Source of the DNA: Candidatus Iainarchaeum sp. | GTDB lineage: Archaea; Iainarchaeota; Iainarchaeia; Iainarchaeales; CSSED10-239 | DNA: 32,000 bases | Direction: 5' to 3' | NCBI GenBank assembly: GCA_003559395.1 | Contig: PWLL01000008.1 | Span: 1-32,000 of the forward strand | In this document: piece by piece, positions 17,901-23,209 of the stretch | Numbering within the stretch: the stretch's first letter is position 1 | Layout: every line of letters begins with the position of its first letter | Translations under genes and position numbers: made by a program | Notes under the pieces: generated by a model | Told to the model about the DNA's origin: nothing | Database searches by the model: none | The model's input: only the letters and a program-made list of their open reading frames with translations

Positions 17901-19897
17901 CTAACCATAGTACCTAAACCCTCATAATCAATAACACTTCTTACGGTACCAGTCAACTCTTCTCCTTCTGGAGTGGTCCATGATACGCGGTCTTCTCGTT
18001 TGAATGTAGGTGCTTCAACAGGTTCTTCCGGGGGTATCTCTTCTAACCGTTGTTCCAGATCGTCTATCATCTGGTAATCCCTCTGAACAGCTCCTACCCC
18101 ACCAATCACAGGCGTTCCTGCTGCTTCTGCTTGTTCTGCCTGTTGAAGTTTTTCTTCAAGGCGTTGTTTAATTTGTCCTATATCTTCTGGAGTTAAATCT
18201 TCCAGAGGCTTATCTACTGATATGGTATGGAATGGTGAATCCTCAACCACTTCAGGAGGTTCTACCGTGGGAGCGTCAGGCATAGGTGCAGAAGGTGTTT
18301 CTACAGTAAGACCTTGCGGCCCCTCAACTATACGGAAAGGCCCTGTCGGTCCTGTTGATATGGCCGGAGTAGGTATTTCCATAGTAGTCGGGATAGTAGG
18401 TTGTACCTGTTGCGGCATATCAGGAGCAGTCGGTACCCCATAAGGCGCCGCTTGAGTAGCCGGCGGCGATATCTCCATACTGGGATCCGGTGTGGTTCCT
18501 GCGGGCCAGGCGAATTGAGTTCTTTGTACCTCTTGTTGTACCCCTTGATCTACCTGCTGGGTTGCCACTTGTTTGGCCTGTGGTGACATATCGCTGCTCT
18601 GGATCATATTATAGGCGGTGTCCCTTGCTATCTGAAGTTCTTTAAACTTTTCAGGATCTCCACTGGGCACATCAGGGTGTAATGTTTTTGCAATATGCCT
18701 ATAGGCACTCTTTATCTGATCCCGTGTTGCCGTCTCTGGCAGTCCCAGTACAGAAAAGGCTCTACTTCTTATCTCCTGCTCCCTTACTACATCACTGCGG
18801 GTGGCTTCTGCTTCCTGTCTTAACCTTTCACGGTAAGCGTTTAGCTTGCGTTCTATGGTCTCAGCATCATCCCCAGGACTTATACCAGCATCCGCAAATA
18901 TCTTTTTCCGGTTATCGCGGGCTGCATGGAATGTTTTATGTACCCGGTTAATCTCTGCCTTATCCTGCGGAGATAGTGCTGCTGTGTTTACCAGTCCGAG
19001 AATAGTAAGGCCAACCACAGAGGAACCCATATCCATAAGATCCAAAGGTTCTCTTTCGTCTGGGGGAGTTAATGCCCTTCTTGTTACCTCAGAAGCGGTT
19101 ACTCCTGCCGGTGCAGAAATTAAGGATCTGGTCAGGCTTTGCGCATATGGATATAACTGATCCGGTACGCTTGTAGGAAGTTCTTGCGCTAATCGCCCGG
19201 CGTAAGGAGCAACAGCACCCATCGCACCACCAAAAGCCAATGAGCTTGCGAAGTCTGCTGCGGTAGGCCGGTGTTCTTCGGGCATACCTTCAAGTTCCAT
19301 TCCTCGTATGCCAGCGAAACGAGCAGCTCCACGGGCCGCACCACTCAATGCCTCGGGCGTCTGTGCTGCTCTAAGCGCAAGTTCAGGAGCATACCTCGCT
19401 CCTGCATACCCCAGGGCCTGTGTTCCGGCCTGGGTAAAAGGTCCCATAAGCTTTAATCGTCCCAACCAACCGGCGGTTGATCCCAGGGTGTGCATGGTCT
19501 GATCGATTCTTTCATCACCAGTTGTAGAATAAGTACCCTGGCGCCTTTCTACTACTCCCGGCTGCATACCATAACTCTCCTGCCAGGCTTCCGAGAACCG
19601 GCTGAGAGCTGCATCTACACCAGGAGCCACCCTTCCTACCCATGTATCTTCATCAGTAAGAAACCTGGTTACAGGTTGTTTAATCTTTTCTATCTCCTGC
19701 ATCAGCAGAGGATTGTGTCCTACCCAGTCTATGGCCCGTTGATATGGAGTAGAAGGTGTGAACCCCGTATCTTCTGCCCACGATGCAATCGCGGCCCCGG
19801 GTGTTTGTGGGGCCGTAGCTTGCGGGTCCTGAGCTTGTGGGCTGGTGGGGGTAGGTTGTTGTTCTTGCCATATATTTGCAAACGGGTTAGTTGCCAT
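8951..19897 (-). CDS. Giant (3648 aa) multidomain polyvalent protein; putative ejected internal virion protein (T7 gp16 position)
   Basis: Uninterrupted 10,947-nt ORF. GGAGG lies 8 nt upstream of the ATG, inside the end of the preceding gene. Motifs read directly:
- TM-like SSVVGLTILGLVNTAAL (aa 291-308)
- J-domain HPD (aa 407-409)
- EPSAGIGG (aa 1143-1150) and NPPF (aa 1209-1212)
- GDGTGTGKGR (K1574)
- DESH (aa 1698-1701)
- GRTHRS (aa 2092-2097)
- HEVAH (aa 2733-2737)
- hydrophobic helix YWISMLISMLAAINIA (about aa 3365-3385). Confidence 0.9.
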   Translation of the reverse strand: MATNPFANIWQEQQPTPTSPQAQDPQATAPQTPGAAIASWAEDTGFTPSTPYQRAIDWVGHNPLLMQEIEKIKQPVTRFLTDEDTWVGRVAPGVDAALSRFSEAWQESYGMQPGVVERRQGTYSTTGDERIDQTMHTLGSTAGWLGRLKLMGPFTQAGTQALGYAGARYAPELALRAAQTPEALSGAARGAARFAGIRGMELEGMPEEHRPTAADFASSLAFGGAMGAVAPYAGRLAQELPTSVPDQLYPYAQSLTRSLISAPAGVTASEVTRRALTPPDEREPLDLMDMGSSVVGLTILGLVNTAALSPQDKAEINRVHKTFHAARDNRKKIFADAGISPGDDAETIERKLNAYRERLRQEAEATRSDVVREQEIRSRAFSVLGLPETATRDQIKSAYRHIAKTLHPDVPSGDPEKFKELQIARDTAYNMIQSSDMSPQAKQVATQQVDQGVQQEVQRTQFAWPAGTTPDPSMEISPPATQAAPYGVPTAPDMPQQVQPTIPTTMEIPTPAISTGPTGPFRIVEGPQGLTVETPSAPMPDAPTVEPPEVVEDSPFHTISVDKPLEDLTPEDIGQIKQRLEEKLQQAEQAEAAGTPVIGGVGAVQRDYQMIDDLEQRLEEIPPEEPVEAPTFKREDRVSWTTPEGEELTGTVRSVIDYEGLGTMVSVHVDQISMVAGRPVERVESVSPGRLTMVEEAPVEEEEPTVASVSEIVPGPKPVMTEFPLTGDHAPDVSLPLNRWVLSEVLEDDYEAIKWTGEKLIWLYGDASVIIDLLEGTAMYEMQDPEEFRTEVLKHITPQEFERFKDLRIDSEAEHERIMQSVDVTRDPQLADVPETDALLNIGSMQELNEQLLRQGLFDQADMIMEALDEKLRADRVASLDEKRQLEELRERFKDAFEPEEPADTEEWTEVPDPVLGGKIWTLPGTPWSIVDVRDRDTTDTKIADTPFRLRAETPGDDFKRPLQVIGHHRSLEDAQRFVLTQEATGRPAIEDLRIKPDDEPTTDPTKAKARLPETDIAGRVHDMLEKGRSFSWRDLFAIADTAYQGTQAEGVYTPKDAYDAMELGINKYILSHPGRFPTHRNIDYTHAVKVLNRIQEDILDKIPTQTKRTGEGVEFQQFSTPPNIAYLANWAASIMKQDIVLEPSAGIGGLAVFPKGMQVQQVMVNELSDRRANILREMGFDAVYTENAEHLHAILHDKIEPPSLVVMNPPFSSTAGRLEGVRDTRNVRSHMEEALKLLRDDGRLVAILGEGMALDKPAHREWWEDIQERYNVRANIGIDGSEYRKYGTSFGVQLVVIDKDGPTTETPVTGQVKDVRQAVPMLRGVKEDRKHISVEPDPREPVSPPDPEPGVPEEPDRLPSEERPGIRTVPGEPAPPRDEPETRPDVAVRPGDERDEPVRDVPDVRPDEPVPEVEPPVEAPRPGEPTGPSQDDARPKPKGSRHPAVRGPGDPDKLESGNEPDRTDSTLRVEQREDERRGKLSDNIFTGKYKPSKLKVEGAKEHPAQISETAAMADSEPPDITYAPDLPKELIESGDISESQLEAVVYAGQSHQKMLPSGVRQGHMIGDGTGTGKGRTIAAIILDNLRQGRDKAVWISASWGDMHEAAKRDIRDVGQHDPEHMSEDILYAQNDYSKNDELDPDHGIFYTTYSMIRGGYSVEPAGDGYGTRRIVPEGEQTRLEQLMEWLDDDFDGVIVFDESHKMQNASGIEKEPSLQAMAGLRLQEAFPEARIEYSSATAFDDPETLAYAERLGLWGEGTPFASMEDFVEQISASGLGGMELIARDSKQKGAYLSRQISYEGIEYDHTEHRLTEEQIQQYNVAAEAWQILFQNMSAAMESTGAGESPQAKRAAKSQFYGTYQRFWSDLLTAMKMPTLIESIEKDLEQGYAPVIQVDKTGEASMGRELQRIRTDPDMSLQDFNVSPTSMIMDYVERAFPTTKYEPVKITTEDGKTRTVWTPVRDSEGNTVKDPEAVRLKNELLAHLGGVRLPKSPIDMLVDSFGKDRVSEITGRKERVLEDEEGNKYIDTRGTGYVQEEVRRFLDDEKHILLFSKIGNTGVDYHAGLNFKNQRLRRHYLLEPSWDVKEVFQGFGRTHRSFQKQPPEYILVTTNLKGEKRFLSTVAQRLNEFGALSRGERGAESSGLFHNEDDLSSPFARDALMQMYINLSNDEYEFIDEGLSTISERMGIKDDILTDEGNLKDTDELRDTKKFLNRILGLEPHLQNQVFEAFEVEHNEVYGRAEEAGEVDKGTENLHADITEAVEDRSVVERDDAADTRYIKLNVKNKVYPITFDHTRADFRDGGPAFLERHIGYFQNQRSKNIVLAVEAGTRTKKSGEVVEMVRLIDQRPGRGRPLEKDQFRESTWEIITVEEDVYFVHDGKEFVAVDGKEVEIEGFEDIDAFVHPGRSGQMAYIVTEGKSGAKLGDGSNELRAIEDARNTVRRLGIEKTKEAINKGIDRAGLSPRYEDENTIKEPADPDMTAEDVARQLWDEQVAELPEYEEETVHMITGALLDIWDKLPTSKIEVKRALTEEGETILGRVISEKEIDNVLERLGASRDLEEIDISTVPSRIVDKNWKAMLDNSWILQRSTVSGDYRIELKKDAGPDLTTNRQQLLDAGLISEIIQYNTRYFVPVGERALPTLQDLTKHNLNIVKMLPPDSEPIEEMYRIEERLDIDPVPDEFMVEVFSLAAELAAPARYTGLRTKAAARFTDIGGDERIETRDVTNLETLGHEVAHVIDYRINNNQYPSSIKERFPDLEVGEMELREQLKAVAKQVRPPEEGELDRYRNKHTELMADFYTMYLLNTEMARNLAPDVAQGLDMQIRQNPDLHQKIQDIIQKRHEMKRKIDVSAIRPIEEVERLLPSEYLTDDYKDNVKTIIKSWSRLFRLRQIEAGYRKIDWSARFTEEQLEDMGAAVEEVKNIRTGKTAEEIQEELTPEMRQALAEYRYFQEKARQDLNRFMREVVGDEEYVTYLEDYLLHFYENKPKRIKEFAYRWTKRVPSAMQRTIPTLEDAVEAGLVPRTQNIAELHYLWHELNWKGALNRAFVHELTKIANDEGEPIIQKSNQAPPHWPLVDHPAINKYYARQARDGTTILWEGKAAVDPEAYKITKQVFEQPFHWKPLQIIEAFNAYAKGLSLKLSGFHFWNLTESAQAALAKITQPLRGFFTVGEEVKEVDESAVIRRTHQLGLDLISGSPEALRDAIMHGVVFDPIPDAHMRRINQDLRKLEAHTRKIPGAGSLVRKMRQANEWYDRKLWNEYYAGLKAITYYEWAKEALSDQKVNAKDASPQKIREIKEEVARMVNDAFGGQEWESHFWATPRVRQAMKLLWLSPDYTYTNMRIFGRTLYENLPFKKNKDPVVRKFGARYWISMLISMLAAINIANRALTGRWAWENEPGRRTDIDVTPIIHAARKIIGTYDPDDERRYYAAPGKQAREILRYFDDPITYLFGSKFSPVVRTALEQTTGTQAGPGGWPMPWREGDMPFYQEMDERVRAVYEKFVPFSLRGNNFAFTMPMRRGMGWWQAQKGYEDLWRARVDPSWWQRTYQQIAPGSQLLRLKQQLDEAAVLNGLDPAEQEKQAVSKLRTEYYGNLWNAVDRGDREEAEHYANILIQLGVDATGAQRSGEARPYVTDESVQRALMLFAE
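11528..11830 (-). other. Zincin-like HExxH metallopeptidase motif region inside the giant protein, aa about 2690-2790
   Basis: LETLGHEVAHVIDY (HEVAH at nt 11687-11701), with a candidate third ligand about 55 aa downstream in KHTELMADFY. The family could not be assigned by eye. Confidence 0.5.
13508..15280 (-). other. Strawberry-notch (Sbno)/DarB-like DExH helicase core inside the giant protein, aa about 1540-2130
   Basis: P-loop GDGTGTGKGR (nt 15170-15199), DESH box in VFDESHKMQN (nt 14795-14806), SSAT, and helicase-C block ILLFSKIGNTGVDYH...FQGFGRTHRSFQ (GRTHRS from nt 13624). A conserved-looking C-terminal extension (HMITGALLDIWDKLP...EGETILGRVI, aa about 2505-2541) carries the unit to about nt 12218. 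Confidence 0.75.
15455..15893 (-). other. Pro/Glu/Asp/Arg-rich low-complexity linker of about 145 aa between the MTase and helicase domains
   Basis: EPDPREPVSPPDPEPGVPEEPDRLPSEERPG...RDEPVRDVPDVRPDEPVPEVEPPVEAPRPGEP. A second Pro/Gln-rich linker follows the J-domain (aa about 434-560). Confidence 0.75.
15992..16543 (-). other. Gamma-class N6-adenine DNA methyltransferase domain inside the giant protein, aa about 1119-1302
   Basis: FSTPP..., motif I VLEPSAGIGG (nt 16448-16471), and motif IV NPPF (nt 16262-16273) 59 aa downstream. The motif I before motif IV order is that of gamma-class amino-MTases. Confidence 0.8.
18599..18760 (-). other. J-domain (DnaJ/Hsp40 N-terminal domain) inside the giant protein, aa about 380-433
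   Basis: AFSVLGLPETATRDQIKSAYRHIAKTLHPDVPSGDPEKFKELQIARDTAYNMIQ matches the helix II - HPD - helix III pattern of canonical J-domains (compare YEILGV...A....IKKAYRKLA.KYHPD......AEEKFKEI.EAYEVL). HPD codons are at nt 18671-18679. Confidence 0.8.
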
Positions 19898-19900
19898 CTT

Positions 19901-22222
19901 TTAACCTCCAATTACACTATATATATCATCGAAGGTGACCCCTGGGGGTAACGCTTCCTCGAATTCATCTCTTATTGCCGGCGAGATAGCTTCCAGGTAA
20001 TAAAGTAGCTCTTCGATATCGTTCAATGTACCATCCCTAACCAAGACTGTTTCCAGGTTAGACGCAATCATATCAGCAGCGAAACCTTCCTGCCCTGCTA
20101 CCTGCGGGACTATATTCGGCAGTATGCTTCTTACATAACTGGCTATCTCTCTATCAGCATCAGGATCGCCTTGCGCCTGGAACGTGAGATCATCATCCAG
20201 TGCCGCTTCTGCGGGTTCCTCAACCGGTGTCATATCTTCTGCCTGCTCGGTTGGTTGCGGAGCCATACCAGGTTCTGGAGTTGGTACCTCTCCAGGTTCG
20301 GTAATCTCTTCCGTTCCCAGAGCTTCGTCAACCAGGTCTACCTGAGGCAATCTATCTTCATAACCTACTGGCCGTTCAAAGGCTTCTTCATGAGTAGGTA
20401 TACCGCGAGTTTCTTGTGGTGGACCGGCTAATGTCGTTGTCGGTCTATCCACCGGGGTAGGCCCTGCTTCTGGCTGAAGGTCCATACCCATTACAGCATC
20501 AACATCGCGTTGTTCTCTTTGTCCTAAGCTCGGATCCTCATCATAAATAGCCGCAAGTATTTCATCAAACGGCACCTGATATGCTTCTTCTGTGGACTGT
20601 TTCTGTGCTTCTGACAGGCCCTCAAGTATGCGGATAACATCGTTTAGTGTGGCGTCCTGATATTGAGTGGTTACCGCAGTAATAATATCATCTACCGCAT
20701 AGGATACGTCCCCTTGATATTCTTCTGGTGCTGCCGGAAGTGGTGTTGCCTCTTCAGGTACCGTCTCTACATCTGGCACGACCTCTTCCTCTGTTATCTC
20801 AGGGGTCAGTCCAGGCATATCTAAAGCCGGATCCGGTTCAAATTCGGGATCCAGTTCAGGAGATACGGCCATTGGGTCTACCTCCGGCTGTGGCTGTGGG
20901 GTAGCTTCGGGAGTTATACCGTATCTTCTAAGGGCATCACCAACCTGCCCGAAATGCTGTCCGGCGCCACCACCCCAGAGTCTTCCCAGCCACGAACCCT
21001 GCTCTTCCCCGACCATCTCTTCGGGAACAGGGGTACCATCTTCATAGACAGGTCCATACTCGGCATGGTTCCAGTACGGGAGCCCGGAAATATCTACTCC
21101 ATCGCCCTCGGGATTCCAGCCAACAAGCTCTTGCAGTTCTTCTGGTGCAAGTACCGGCTGGGCCAGTGGATCTATCATCCCTTCTAGGTACCCGGGATGA
21201 ATCCAGTTACCTTCTTGATCGGAGTGCCATACGTTTCCATCTTCATCTTGATATCTGAATATAGGGCCAAACTGTGGGTGGTCTGTCCCTGTATATACGC
21301 CATCCGCTGGTGGTGGTGCTAATGTCATGGGTTGCGGTCCGAAATCGCCACCAAAAGCTCCCCACTGGTCCTGCGGTGCAAAACCCATACCCATAGTACC
21401 CTGCATGTTTTCATTAATAGTCCGTTCTCTTTCATTTAAAATGTTCTGTAGTTCTACTTGTGCGTTAATAAGATTTGCATTGGCCTGGTCAATAGCTGAC
21501 TGACTAACTCCAGCAGAGATCAGATTGTCACGTTCGACTTCCATAAGGTTAATGTTTTTTTTCATCATATCTGTTTCTAATTCAAGGTGGTTAAGACGAT
21601 GTTGCTGTTCAGCTGGCATTATATTATCGAGATAATATCTATGCTCTCTAAGTCCCAGATCAATTTCTTCTACCTGTCTATCATAAAGCTCCCGATTATG
21701 TGCGTTTAAATCAGCCGCCTGTCTTACATCTAATGACGCTAGTTGATTGTGTAACCGCTGTTGCGCCTGCAATAATGGGCTCATATCCTGAAAGTGTTGT
21801 GTTTCGGCTGCTATCCCCTGTGCTGTGGCGTCCTGCACTCCGGTCAGGGAACGGGTATAATCTGCCTCTGCACCCAGTCCCTCCTGCCGTGCCAGACTTT
21901 CTCCGGTAACCAGCGGAGCATCGACAACACTATGACCGAAAAACTGTTGAAAATAAGCGGGATTAAATGCCTGCTCACCAAACATACCAGGGTCTACATC
22001 AATTCCTGCCCCGGATATCATCTGCTGAACCGGAATATCTTCAAATCCAGTTAAATAACGTGCTTCTTCTTCTAACATTCTATTCCTTAAATCTGCTTCC
22101 TGTAGTGCGCGTTCCGCAAGCTCCTGATCGTCTCTAAATGTTTGCAACTGCATATAACGTCCAAAAGGATCCGCTTGCGCTAATCCGCTTGCGAATCCTC
22201 CAACGCCTGCTCTATAAGGCAT
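19901..22222 (-). CDS. Putative internal virion protein (T7 gp15-like by size and position), 773 aa
   Basis: GGGAGG SD. Gln-rich coiled-coil N-terminal third, very acidic Pro-rich C-terminal half. Its stop is 3 nt from the start of the giant gene. The function call rests on synteny only. Confidence 0.6.
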   Translation of the reverse strand: MPYRAGVGGFASGLAQADPFGRYMQLQTFRDDQELAERALQEADLRNRMLEEEARYLTGFEDIPVQQMISGAGIDVDPGMFGEQAFNPAYFQQFFGHSVVDAPLVTGESLARQEGLGAEADYTRSLTGVQDATAQGIAAETQHFQDMSPLLQAQQRLHNQLASLDVRQAADLNAHNRELYDRQVEEIDLGLREHRYYLDNIMPAEQQHRLNHLELETDMMKKNINLMEVERDNLISAGVSQSAIDQANANLINAQVELQNILNERERTINENMQGTMGMGFAPQDQWGAFGGDFGPQPMTLAPPPADGVYTGTDHPQFGPIFRYQDEDGNVWHSDQEGNWIHPGYLEGMIDPLAQPVLAPEELQELVGWNPEGDGVDISGLPYWNHAEYGPVYEDGTPVPEEMVGEEQGSWLGRLWGGGAGQHFGQVGDALRRYGITPEATPQPQPEVDPMAVSPELDPEFEPDPALDMPGLTPEITEEEVVPDVETVPEEATPLPAAPEEYQGDVSYAVDDIITAVTTQYQDATLNDVIRILEGLSEAQKQSTEEAYQVPFDEILAAIYDEDPSLGQREQRDVDAVMGMDLQPEAGPTPVDRPTTTLAGPPQETRGIPTHEEAFERPVGYEDRLPQVDLVDEALGTEEITEPGEVPTPEPGMAPQPTEQAEDMTPVEEPAEAALDDDLTFQAQGDPDADREIASYVRSILPNIVPQVAGQEGFAADMIASNLETVLVRDGTLNDIEELLYYLEAISPAIRDEFEEALPPGVTFDDIYSVIGG

Positions 22223-22239
22223 TTTCTAACCTCCCTCTA

Positions 22240-22782
22240 TTAGCTCTGCCACGGCCAACCGTGTTCAGAAAAATAATCGATAGCATACGGTGCCGCGGTT
22301 CCTACAGCTTGCCCTATTCCTTGCCACATCTGTCCACTACGCTGCGCATCCATATCCTGTGCGCGTAAAGCTCTGTCCGCTAGTGCTGATTGTCTCTGAA
22401 AATCCTGCTGTTGAAGTCCTGTCGCATATTGCGCCAGGTTGGCCTGGTGCTGCATGGACAGATCACCGGCAGTAGACCTCCTCAAAGCGGCAGCCGGTAG
22501 TTGTCCGAAAAAACCTCTCTGCATGCTTTGGTGGTCTATGTTAGATAGTGTTTGATCCATAGTCCGCTGAAAACCCGGATCTAACGCCTGTTGCGCCCGT
22601 TGATAAGCATCATCCCAGGGGAGTTGTTCTACCTCCTGCTCTTGCGGTTGCTGTGTTGCCTGCGTATCGCTGCTACTACCACCAAATGCCCGCTCTAATA
22701 GGCCGCCCCCTATAGTACCTATAACGCCACCAACAGGGCCGCCTAAAGCTGTGCCTAAAGCCCCTCCGACGGTCTTGAACAT
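22240..22782 (-). CDS. Glycine-zipper membrane-active small virion protein (T7 gp14-like by size and position)
   Basis: The ATG at 22782 follows AAAGGAGG by 9 nt; the ORF-track start at 22791 is a TTG. N-terminus FKTVGGALGTALGGPVGGVIGTIGGGLL is a glycine zipper. The rest is Gln-rich. Confidence 0.6.
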   Translation of the reverse strand: MFKTVGGALGTALGGPVGGVIGTIGGGLLERAFGGSSSDTQATQQPQEQEVEQLPWDDAYQRAQQALDPGFQRTMDQTLSNIDHQSMQRGFFGQLPAAALRRSTAGDLSMQHQANLAQYATGLQQQDFQRQSALADRALRAQDMDAQRSGQMWQGIGQAVGTAAPYAIDYFSEHGWPWQS

Positions 22783-22813
22783 AATATACAACCTCCTTTA
22801 TCCATGGTTCGCT

Positions 22814-23209
22814 TTAAACTATAATACCCTCTGCGTTCACCCAATCGGTACCGTCATACCATATCGGTAGACCTAAGTCGGTGTCGAAATACATCTGATA
22901 ATCACGGGGTTCGGATGGTCTTTCTGCTGTGGGTCCACCGTTTCTCGTTTCTTCTTCAATTATGGCGTCAACTTCATCCTGGGTATAATAATCTTGAAGT
23001 GTGTTGTTTATTTTCTGTTGCGCTCCCTGTGGCGTCTCCGCACCAATATCCCCAGGGTAAACTCTATCGATCCCTCCTGCTGCATGAGACCGTCTGTGAC
23101 GCGGAACTTCCGTATCTTCTATTGAAGCTCTTATGATCTCCGAGAGCTGATCAGAGATCCTCTTATCACCCGACCGGGTTACAATGCGCGGATCGCTTTT
23201 GTTGCTCAT
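22814..23209 (-). CDS. Hypothetical virion protein (131 aa) with C-terminal YFDTDLGLPIWYDGTDWVNAEG motif
   Basis: ATGA overlap with the upstream gene. From memory, the C-terminal motif resembles one seen on phage fibre and depolymerase proteins. Confidence 0.55.
   Translation of the reverse strand: MSNKSDPRIVTRSGDKRISDQLSEIIRASIEDTEVPRHRRSHAAGGIDRVYPGDIGAETPQGAQQKINNTLQDYYTQDEVDAIIEEETRNGGPTAERPSEPRDYQMYFDTDLGLPIWYDGTDWVNAEGIIV

Noticed and set aside
8951-19897. Giant ORF as a tape-measure protein or an N4-like virion RNA polymerase
   Set aside because: No tail-tube, chaperone or frameshift genes precede it, and it is not the uniformly helical sequence expected of a tape measure. I saw no RNA-polymerase-like motifs. 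The recognisable motifs are J-domain, MTase, Sbno helicase and HExxH.
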